Origin: Patescibacteria group bacterium
Lineage (GTDB): Bacteria > Patescibacteriota > Microgenomatia > UBA1400 > PJMF01
Assembly (NCBI GenBank): GCA_040879165.1
Contig: JBBDKV010000028.1
Coordinates: forward strand, 1 to 59,895
Reading direction: 5' to 3'
Length of the DNA stretch: 59,895 bases
Position 1 is the first letter of the stretch; every line of letters starts with the position of its first letter. The position numbers were made by a program, and so were the translations under genes. Shown one piece after another: positions 19,132 to 27,317 of this stretch. The notes below the pieces were generated by a model that searched no databases, was not told where the DNA came from, and worked only from the letters and a program-made list of their open reading frames with translations.

Positions 19132-20037
19132 ATGACAGAAGCAAAAACAATTATTTCAGATGAGCAAGCTAGCGTATTTCTTGCAACTGAAGGGATGGAG
19201 GGTGCGACTGTTGAAAGAATTGCCGGCGGCGAACTATCGCAAGCCTTCATAGTCAGAATTGAAGGGAAAGAGTCTGTTTTAAGAGTCAATAAGAGTCGAA
19301 GCGGATTTGATAAAGATGCCTTTGCTGCAAAACACTTCTCTTCTGATCGTGTGCCAATTCCTCAACTGCAACATATTAGTGAAAGATCTGGGCTCTACTA
19401 CTGCTTAACTGATAAAGCACCAGGTGCTCAGGTCTATGAAAAGTATTTAGAAAAGAATCCTGGCTCAATTCAATTACTTTTCGAAACATTGACTGCCGTT
19501 CATAACACCGACATTACTCGGTTTGAAGGGTTTGGAAAATGGGATGATCAAGGTCGAGGAGAGAGTTCGAGCTGGAAAGACTATCTAACGAGCATGCATG
19601 ACGAGGAAGAATGGCGGCAGCTGGCAAAAAGAGGTGTGTTAGATGTTGAATACCTTAATGCACTGTTTGGACAATTTGAAGCATTACTACCTGTTTTACC
19701 TGAGGAAAGAAAACTTGTTCATGGTGACCCTGCCAACGATAATATGTTCGCTGTAGGCTTGGAAGTCACGGCAGTCACAGACTGGGCTGAGTCAATGTAT
19801 GGTGATCCACTTTTTGATATTGCCTGGCTAGAATTTTGGGGAAACAATATAGATTTTACTGAAGAGTACAAGAAGTATTGTATTGAGAATGGAATTTCCT
19901 ATGATAATTATCACGAAAGAATCAAAGCATACTTGCTGTACTTAGCCATCACAACCTTGGTTTGGTACATAGAAGTCAACTCCCAAGATGGATACCATTG
20001 GTTGCGTAACAGATTAGGAGAAAAATTCAATTTCTGA
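19132..20037 (+). CDS. APH-family phosphotransferase, hygromycin-kinase-like
   Basis: GGELSQAF, LVHGDPANDNM and VTDWAESMYGDPLFDIA. Confidence 0.82.
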   Translation: MTEAKTIISDEQASVFLATEGMEGATVERIAGGELSQAFIVRIEGKESVLRVNKSRSGFDKDAFAAKHFSSDRVPIPQLQHISERSGLYYCLTDKAPGAQVYEKYLEKNPGSIQLLFETLTAVHNTDITRFEGFGKWDDQGRGESSSWKDYLTSMHDEEEWRQLAKRGVLDVEYLNALFGQFEALLPVLPEERKLVHGDPANDNMFAVGLEVTAVTDWAESMYGDPLFDIAWLEFWGNNIDFTEEYKKYCIENGISYDNYHERIKAYLLYLAITTLVWYIEVNSQDGYHWLRNRLGEKFNF

Positions 20038-20095
20038 GGAAATTCAACTGAACTTGTCCTTTGGGCTCTAGTTGAAAAATGTACTCCTCCACCCA

Positions 20096-20129
20096 CTCCC
20101 TAGTTCGTGCACTGACCTGCTGGGGGAGC
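20096..20129 (+). repeat. Degenerate repeat ending in a tRNA-Asn 3'-end-like core (att-like scar 1)
   Basis: CTCCCTAGTTCGTGCACTGACCTGCTGGGGGAGC. The last 14 nt match tRNA 13905-13918 (CCTACCGGGGGAGC) at 12/14, and the whole matches 26098-26132 at 24/35. Confidence 0.5.
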
Positions 20130-20545
20130 TTTTGCATTAGATGTCTAAAATAAATCTATATATCAATCTTTTTTCACTATTATGCCCCCAGTAGGACGGC
20201 TTGCCTTGGACTCGGACTGGTAGTGATATCCATACGTGCTGATTGAGTCGAGTGAGGTGGAGGCGAACAATGGAAGAGGTTCTGTTATGGGGTTACCATT
20301 TTGATGTGGAATAGTTCGAGTAAATAACTCATTGCTGAGTTGGGGATTAGGTTGAGGAGAAGCAGTATTCATATCTAATCATAATAGATCAGCGAAGCTC
20401 AGTGATCAATTATAGTTTCCGTTTATCATCAAAAATTACTCTATTGTCTAGCATGGCCGAGACGATCAAATTGATTTTTTTATATTTGAAATATTCTTGG
20501 CAGAAAATAATTTAAAAAATCATGTAGAATACTAAGCATCTTATT

Positions 20546-21619
20546 ATGAAAAACATTAAGTACCCATGGATTTTAGCATTTTCTGTTTTACTACTAGGAG
20601 TAGCAGCTTTCATTTTGGTATATCATTCAAGTATTGGTCAGTGTATAGACTTTGCAGATATACCATTAGCAGAAAAAAATAGATTTGTGAAAAGCATCAA
20701 AAATAAACATGAGAACAGAGCGATAGCGGGATATTTTACTCAGGGAAATCGTATATATAACTCAGATGGATTACCACATCAGTTTGTAGGTGTTGCTCGT
20801 CCATCTTTAGAATGGGTGCAAACAGGAGAGAATATCTCCCGTGAGGATTTTGCTAAGATGCGACAGCTAGGAATTAATCTCGTGCGATTGCCGTTGAATC
20901 AGCAGTATTATTTACAAAGTGAAGAGTATCGTAGGCTTGTAGATAGGTCTGTTGAGTGGATAAATAGTCTTGGCATGGCAGTGATGTTAGACTTGCACTG
21001 GTCAGATAAGGGAGGTTTAGACCCAGTCGCAGAGCAGCAAGTTATGGCAGATAAGAATTCTTTAATCTTTTGGAGAGAGGTTGCGACTTTGTATAAGGAT
21101 AACTCAGAAGTTATATTCGAACTATATAATGAGCCACATGACATATCTCCAGAAGTGTGGCTGAATGGCGGACCTAATGAGGATGGTTTTGAGGCCGTTG
21201 GCATGCAAACCATGGCAGATCTAATTCGAAACGAGGTCGGTGCAGATAATTTAATTGTCGTTAATGGTATTAATTGGGGTTATGATCATCAACCCCTCGC
21301 TCGCGTAGAAGGTAAAAACATTATTTATGGAACGCATCCGTATGGACAACATCCTGGTAAACAAATACGGCAAGACTGGGATGCTCACTTCGGTTTTCTC
21401 TCTGCAGATTACCCCGTGATGATTACAGAGTTTGGAGATACTAGTGCTTGTGAAGGAGTTTTTCAGAAAGAACTAGTAGAGTATGCCAATGAACACTCAA
21501 TGTCCTGGGTCGCTTGGGCATGGTATCCTGCAGATTGTGGTTTTCCCTCCTTGATACAAGATTGGTCAGGTACATTAAATGCTGCTGGCGCATCAATTTT
21601 CCCAATTACAAGAGAGTGA
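20546..21619 (+). CDS. GH5 glycoside hydrolase (endoglucanase-like), N-terminal membrane anchor
   Basis: NLVRLP, MLDLHW, FELYNEP (acid/base), GTHPY and VMITEFG (nucleophile). Confidence 0.9.
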   Translation: MKNIKYPWILAFSVLLLGVAAFILVYHSSIGQCIDFADIPLAEKNRFVKSIKNKHENRAIAGYFTQGNRIYNSDGLPHQFVGVARPSLEWVQTGENISREDFAKMRQLGINLVRLPLNQQYYLQSEEYRRLVDRSVEWINSLGMAVMLDLHWSDKGGLDPVAEQQVMADKNSLIFWREVATLYKDNSEVIFELYNEPHDISPEVWLNGGPNEDGFEAVGMQTMADLIRNEVGADNLIVVNGINWGYDHQPLARVEGKNIIYGTHPYGQHPGKQIRQDWDAHFGFLSADYPVMITEFGDTSACEGVFQKELVEYANEHSMSWVAWAWYPADCGFPSLIQDWSGTLNAAGASIFPITRE

Positions 21620-21766
21620 TCATTTACTACCTAAGAATTTATGTTCATATTAATTATTATTAACATAATATATAATAAGTGCTAATAGCGTGGTTATTTT
21701 TGAATAGTATTGAGAATCTAGAAGCAGTGATTTAAAAAACATCCATTAATTAATAGTAGAGACAGA

Positions 21767-23050
21767 ATGCTTACGGCACTTTTTATAGCACTTGTTCTTT
21801 TTATTCTACTCCAGGCAGTAGTGAGTACCTATCTTAATGTATTTATTTGGGAGGATCCAGATAGACTCGCTGCTATACGTTCACCAAAATTATTCCTCAA
21901 AGAACACTTCGGATTTACACTACTTGTTCCTGCTCGTCATGAAGAAGCGGTGATTAAAGAAACAATTATTAAGATGTCTCAAATACGTTATCCAAAGAAC
22001 AAATATCAAATTTTAGTAATTTGTGAACACTCAGACAAATTAACGATTACCCAAGCTAAAAATGCTATTCGAGAGCATAAGATGTCAAATGCTCGTGTCA
22101 TCACTTTTTCTGATCGACCTATCAACAAGCCGCATGCTTTAAACATTGGCTTGAAAAAGGCTTCGCATGAAATAATTACAATTTTTGATGCCGAAGATGA
22201 AGTGCAAGCAGATATATTACAAGTTGCTAACACGTTATTAGTGAGCAAGAAAATAGATATTTTACAAGCGGGCGTACAACTTATGGATTACGATTCCCAC
22301 TGGTACAGCGCACATAATGTCCTAGAATACTATTTTTGGTTTAAGTCACGACTTTTTTTTCACGCACATCACAAGGTTGTTCCTCTAGGAGGCAACACAG
22401 TTTTTTTTAAGAAATCTGTCTTACAGCAGCTGAATGGCTGGGATGAGAACTGTCTCACAGAAGATGCAGAAATTGGCATACGTTTGACATCGCAAGGAGC
22501 CAGTTGTTTAACAACCTATGATCCTGTTCACGCCACTCAGGAAGAAACACCAAGTACAGTGGGTAGTTTTATTCGACAGAGGACTCGATGGAATCAGGGA
22601 TTTATACAAGTGTTATTAAGGGGAGATTGGCGTGCATATCCTTCAGTTTTTCAAAAAATTTTGGCTTTTTACACGCTTTCCTATCCGATCCAACAAGCAC
22701 TTATTTTTATATTAACCCCGCCACTGCTTATTTTGGGTCTGGTGACAAACTTATCAGTAATGTTTGGTATGTTAAGTTTTTTGCCACTGCTCATGGTGTT
22801 GGTACATGCATCTGTAGCAATACTTGCAATGCATGAATTTATTACAGATTATGATTTGAAGCACCGATGGTGGGTGTATCCCTGGCTTGTCCTATCCCTT
22901 ATTCCTTTTCAGATTTTATTAGGTATTAGTGCTGTGCGAGCTACTTGGCGTGTAATGCGGGGGATTAACGAATGGGAAAAAACTCAACACTTAGGACTAC
23001 ATCGATCAACAGCAGAAGCAGACTCAAGCACAGTGGCAAAATATTCATGA
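21767..23050 (+). CDS. Processive GT2 glycosyltransferase (beta-glucan synthase-like)
   Basis: LLVPARHEE, NKPHALN, FDAED, TEDAEIG and QRTRW (D,D,D,QxxRW), with N- and C-terminal TM helices. Confidence 0.9.
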   Translation: MLTALFIALVLFILLQAVVSTYLNVFIWEDPDRLAAIRSPKLFLKEHFGFTLLVPARHEEAVIKETIIKMSQIRYPKNKYQILVICEHSDKLTITQAKNAIREHKMSNARVITFSDRPINKPHALNIGLKKASHEIITIFDAEDEVQADILQVANTLLVSKKIDILQAGVQLMDYDSHWYSAHNVLEYYFWFKSRLFFHAHHKVVPLGGNTVFFKKSVLQQLNGWDENCLTEDAEIGIRLTSQGASCLTTYDPVHATQEETPSTVGSFIRQRTRWNQGFIQVLLRGDWRAYPSVFQKILAFYTLSYPIQQALIFILTPPLLILGLVTNLSVMFGMLSFLPLLMVLVHASVAILAMHEFITDYDLKHRWWVYPWLVLSLIPFQILLGISAVRATWRVMRGINEWEKTQHLGLHRSTAEADSSTVAKYS

Positions 23051-25689
23051 AAAAATTATTTTCTTCACCCTATAAAACTTTTTCTGGACTTATCAAAATC
23101 TCTTTCGAGACGTGGCTTGTGATTTTCTTACTATTAGTGGCAGGTTTGGCTCACAGTTCGAACATGTTTAATTATCCATATTTTGAAAATGATGAGGGCA
23201 CTTATCTGTCTCAGGCATGGTCATTTATTGATCAGGGAAAGCTTTCTCCCTATACCTATTACTACGATCACGCTCCAGCTGGCTGGATGTTACTCGGTGC
23301 ATGGTTGGGACTAACTGGTGGTTTGGAGACATTTGGTCCAAACCCTTTGCATTCTGGAAGAGTTTTCATTTTTGTACTTCATTTGGTGTCGGTATTTCTA
23401 CTCTATGTTATTACCAAGCGAATCACTCGACAAAAGCTGGCAGCATCGATTGCAGTAATCGTATTTTCCCTTTCACCGCTTGAACTCTACTACGGGAGAC
23501 GAATTCTACTGGACAACATTATGGTATTTTGGATGCTGTGGTCACTCTATTTTGCCACAGTCACTCCACAGAAACTTCGTCATGTAGTGATGAGCGGAAT
23601 TGCTTTTGCTTTGGCAACATTAACTAAGGAAAATGCCATATTTAGTGGACCAGTAATTCTTTACATAAGTGCGATGCACGCAAATCCGAGTATTTGGAAA
23701 TGGACCATTGGTAAATGGCTCGTCACAGTTGGCGTACTATTGAGTTTGTACCCTCTCTATGCATGGATGAAAGGCGAGTTGTTGCCGGCAAGTTTTTGGG
23801 GTGATGGTAGGGATCAAGTCAGTCTAATTGAAACGCTGCAGCAGCAGGCTTCTCGAGGCAAAGGTTTGATGCCTTGGGCTGAAGACAGTGATTTTTATAG
23901 CAATTTTCGTGTATGGTTGGCTCGTGACCCATGGATTATCCTACTGGGGAGTATAGCGCTACTTACCAGTATGATTCTCAATGATAAATACAAAGCGATC
24001 AAAGCTATCTCTCTAACTGCTATTGCACAAATTTTATTTTTAGCTCGCGGGCAGTTGGTTTTTGACTTTTATATTATCGGCGTTCTTCCCTTTTTTGCTA
24101 TTCTTATTGGAAGCATGGCTGCTCGACCAGTGATATGGGCTAAGGACCACATTAGCGTGCAAGGTTATGCATGTACTTCTGTATTTCTGATTGCACTGAT
24201 GTTTGTTACTTCTGGAACTCCTGCGTTTACTGTGAATGAGACGATCAATCAACAGAAAGCAATAGACTGGGTTGTTCAAAACGTTTCCAAAGATGCAAAA
24301 ATTTCTGTAAATAATTATGCCTATCCACAGTTGCGCGGTGTAGAGGGATTTGAAAATGCAGAACTAAGTTTCAAAATAGAGTTTGATCCAGAGATTCGTC
24401 GTGGTGTTTTTCACGAAGATCCGTACACCATTGAGTACATGCTTGTGACTCACTCTGAAATTTACCACTTTTCTGAAGGGTATTTGCCATTTTTGAGCAA
24501 GACATTCGATCATAGCCAATTAGTGGCAGATTATAGAAAAAACACCACTAGCTATATTGATATCTCAAAACTTATAAGTACTAATGGAGATTGGGCGCAA
24601 GTCTATAAGCTCGATCCGAATAAAAATAATTTACTTGTAGATAGCTGGCGTTCTTATAAAAGACACTTCATTAAAGATGACGGGCAGGTAATTGATAAGT
24701 CCAACTGGACCACCACTTCAGAAGGTCAGTCATATGCACTGCTGCAAGCACTGGAGCATAATGACCAAGTTGCGTTTGACTCTGTGTGGTCGTGGACAAA
24801 AGAACACATGCAAGTGCGAGAGACGGATTCACTGTTCGTATGGAAAATGCAACTTGATGAGCATGGCAAGAATCATATTTTTGATTCCAACTCTTTGAGT
24901 TACTCCGATCAAAATATTGCATTTGCTCTCTACGGGGCCTACTTGCAGTGGGGTAATGAAAGTTACAAAGAAGATGCAAAAATAATTATTGCAGATATTT
25001 GGAGCCATGAGGTAATAGAAAGAAACAACCGATTATACTTGTTGGCATTTCCCGACGGTCAGCCGGGAAGTAAGCTACTGGTTAATCCATCGCACCTTTC
25101 ACCATACTATTATAGATATTTTGCCAAGATAGATGAGAATGATTGGAACCGACTCATTACTGATTCCTATAGTTTGCTCACAGAGGTGCAAGAGCGTTCG
25201 ACAGAGGGAATTATTCCAAACTGGATAGCAGTTGAGCAGAATGGATCTCTGAGCTCGGCACAATCTGTTGTGCCAGCTGGTGCAGATAGCTATAGTTATG
25301 ATGCCTACCGAGTGGCTTGGAGAATGAGTCAAGATGCTCAAGATCCTCGGGCAGGACTCATCTTACAAAGTCTCGGACTTTTTTATGAGCAAAAATGGCT
25401 TGATGATGGATTTATATCGACAGAGTATAGTTTGGAAGGGCGTACTCTTTCCGATTACGCTGATATTCCTACTACATCAGGAGCTGTCATTGCGCTACAA
25501 AGCACTAGTCCTGAACTTGCACAAGAAGTTTTTCAAGATGCTATTTTATCTAGATACAATGAGGATGACTACTCCTGGGGAAAGAGAGACAGTGCTTCTT
25601 CACAAAACTGGGCTGTACTCTCATTGAGTGCTTTGGGCTACTCGCCAACTACATCAGGCATTACTTTGTCTGCACCAGTCTCTAACTAG
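23047..25689 (+). CDS. GT-C (ArnT/PMT-like) glycosyltransferase fused to a C-terminal GH8 domain
   Basis: ENDEGTY..QAW, YDHAPAGW, LLDNIM and TKE motifs, then GH8 TTSEGQSYAL and YSYDAYR. The ATG overlaps the GT2 stop (ATGA 23047-23050). Confidence 0.85.
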   Translation: MKKLFSSPYKTFSGLIKISFETWLVIFLLLVAGLAHSSNMFNYPYFENDEGTYLSQAWSFIDQGKLSPYTYYYDHAPAGWMLLGAWLGLTGGLETFGPNPLHSGRVFIFVLHLVSVFLLYVITKRITRQKLAASIAVIVFSLSPLELYYGRRILLDNIMVFWMLWSLYFATVTPQKLRHVVMSGIAFALATLTKENAIFSGPVILYISAMHANPSIWKWTIGKWLVTVGVLLSLYPLYAWMKGELLPASFWGDGRDQVSLIETLQQQASRGKGLMPWAEDSDFYSNFRVWLARDPWIILLGSIALLTSMILNDKYKAIKAISLTAIAQILFLARGQLVFDFYIIGVLPFFAILIGSMAARPVIWAKDHISVQGYACTSVFLIALMFVTSGTPAFTVNETINQQKAIDWVVQNVSKDAKISVNNYAYPQLRGVEGFENAELSFKIEFDPEIRRGVFHEDPYTIEYMLVTHSEIYHFSEGYLPFLSKTFDHSQLVADYRKNTTSYIDISKLISTNGDWAQVYKLDPNKNNLLVDSWRSYKRHFIKDDGQVIDKSNWTTTSEGQSYALLQALEHNDQVAFDSVWSWTKEHMQVRETDSLFVWKMQLDEHGKNHIFDSNSLSYSDQNIAFALYGAYLQWGNESYKEDAKIIIADIWSHEVIERNNRLYLLAFPDGQPGSKLLVNPSHLSPYYYRYFAKIDENDWNRLITDSYSLLTEVQERSTEGIIPNWIAVEQNGSLSSAQSVVPAGADSYSYDAYRVAWRMSQDAQDPRAGLILQSLGLFYEQKWLDDGFISTEYSLEGRTLSDYADIPTTSGAVIALQSTSPELAQEVFQDAILSRYNEDDYSWGKRDSASSQNWAVLSLSALGYSPTTSGITLSAPVSN

Positions 25690-25711
25690 GCCTATATATT
25701 TAAAGAAACAT

Positions 25712-25876
25712 ATGTACAATACTTCTACAGGTCAAGTACTTGACTCCTCAACATTGGCTATTGGCGGTGTGATGAGCGTACCAGATACTGGTCAGTTTGT
25801 TGTTGTTCACGTATTGAGTTACGCAGCGGTTGATCAATTTCGTTCATTACTCCATTTTGTGAGGAGATCATCATGA
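25712..25876 (+). CDS. 54-aa small protein with a VPDTG (LPxTG-like) motif followed by a hydrophobic stretch
   Basis: MYNTSTGQVLDSSTLAIGGVMSVPDTGQFVVVHVLSY...RRSS. Its stop overlaps the next ATG. Confidence 0.55.
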   Translation: MYNTSTGQVLDSSTLAIGGVMSVPDTGQFVVVHVLSYAAVDQFRSLLHFVRRSS

Positions 25877-26052
25877 TAACAGCAAGTATTACAGTAGTGG
25901 TTGTTATATTTGGTTTGATCAATCTTATGAGAATGACTGCTTTTTTAATTGGATCAAATATTTATGTGTACCAGAAAGATACTCGAAAGAATAAAAAGAG
26001 CAGCGGACGCCTCCCTCTCATTAGTGTTGTGATTCCTATTTTAAGAATCTGA
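25873..26052 (+). pseudogene. N-terminal stub (59 aa) of a second GT2 glycosyltransferase
   Basis: SD GAGGAG, a TM helix, then PLISVVIP, the first GT-A strand, which normally continues A.NEE; the frame stops four codons later. It is below the ORF-track cutoff. Confidence 0.7.
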
Positions 26053-26097
26053 CAGACATCAAAGCACTCAACTGATGTAATACAATCTCTTTCACTC

Positions 26098-26132
26098 CTC
26101 CCTCATTCGAGCACCATCTCACCGGGGGGAGC
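26098..26132 (+). repeat. Degenerate repeat ending in a tRNA-Asn 3'-end-like core (att-like scar 2)
   Basis: CTCCCTCATTCGAGCACCATCTCACCGGGGGGAGC. ACCGGGGG(G)AGC equals tRNA 13908-13918 with one extra G. Confidence 0.5.
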
Positions 26133-26133
26133 A

Positions 26134-27075
26134 TCACTTTTTTCTCTCCCTTCCTTCAATATACCTTTGAACTGCTTGGGTTGAAGTCAACCAGTTTCTT
26201 CCTTGTTTATGAGCTTCAAGTTTTCCCTGCCTGGCAAGTAAGTTAAGATATTTAGTTGAATACGGTGTTTTTGGGCTAATTTCTGATAATAGTAAATACG
26301 TTTCACTTTTTTTTGTATTGGGAGTGAGTGTTTTTAGGTAAATGTCTATTGAGCGCTCAACCGCTTGCGAAATGAACCGTATTAAGAGTGTCAAATCACC
26401 AGTATCAGCTAATTGTAAAGCTCTATAGTATTTTTTCCTGTCATTTTTTAAAATTACAGCCAATGGGTAACCAGCTCGTAGTAACAATACATTCATAACT
26501 AATCGAGCAGTTCTTCCGTTTCCATCAATAAAGGGATGAATATGGACCAGCTTATGATGAAAAATTGCTGACAACTCAATTGGATGCATCTTATTTTGTT
26601 CTTTGGAGTACCATCTTAACAACTCTCTCATTTCAATCGGAACCTGCATCGCCTTTGGTGGTATATGTTTTGCTCCAGCAATAAAAACATTTGTCTTACG
26701 GTATTTACCCGCAATGTCTTCATCTGTCTTTTTGACTACTAATTGATGGAGTGAACGAATCAGGTGTTCAGAAAGTGTGGGTCGAGACTTTTTGTCTACA
26801 AGCTCATAAACCAGTTCTACAGCATCATGATGATCTTTTGCTTCCAGATGATCTTTTAATGGTTTTCCCTTTATCGTAATTCCTTCATTTATTACTAAAA
26901 AGGTTTCCTTTAGTGTTAAGCTATTACCTTCAATCGCATTTGAGTTGTAAGTCATTTCAATTTCAAAGCGTTCTTGGAGTTTTTTAATTGCAGTGCTTGG
27001 AATGGGACGTAATTTCTGTAACTGCAATTTTTTCTGATCAATTCTGGTGGCAAGTTTGGTTGAAAGATATGACAT
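26134..27075 (-). CDS. Fic family protein with a C-terminal HTH-like extension
   Basis: HIHPFIDGNGRTAR Fic motif, SNAIEGN autoinhibitory motif and C-terminal YSTKYLNLLARQGKL. Confidence 0.92.
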   Translation of the reverse strand: MSYLSTKLATRIDQKKLQLQKLRPIPSTAIKKLQERFEIEMTYNSNAIEGNSLTLKETFLVINEGITIKGKPLKDHLEAKDHHDAVELVYELVDKKSRPTLSEHLIRSLHQLVVKKTDEDIAGKYRKTNVFIAGAKHIPPKAMQVPIEMRELLRWYSKEQNKMHPIELSAIFHHKLVHIHPFIDGNGRTARLVMNVLLLRAGYPLAVILKNDRKKYYRALQLADTGDLTLLIRFISQAVERSIDIYLKTLTPNTKKSETYLLLSEISPKTPYSTKYLNLLARQGKLEAHKQGRNWLTSTQAVQRYIEGRERKK

Positions 27076-27317
27076 AGCATATATTACTAATATGGTTTAT
27101 ATTAATTATTATTCTATACCATATTAATCTTTTGTCAATAAGTTTGCGTAAGTTTTAGTAAATTTATTTACATCTGCCTTATGAATCCCCAACAACCACT
27201 CCCTATCTGTTTCGTAACAAGTTCAATAAGGCGAGCCTCACTCTTCACCCTCAACTTTCATCACTTCAATTAATATCAAATATATAAAAATAGTGAATTT
27301 TTATATATAATGAAAAC

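Noticed and set aside
20163-20372. 69-aa minus-strand ORF
   Set aside because: No recognisable motif or promoter/SD. It lies among the repeat scars and may be a remnant, but it is unsupported.
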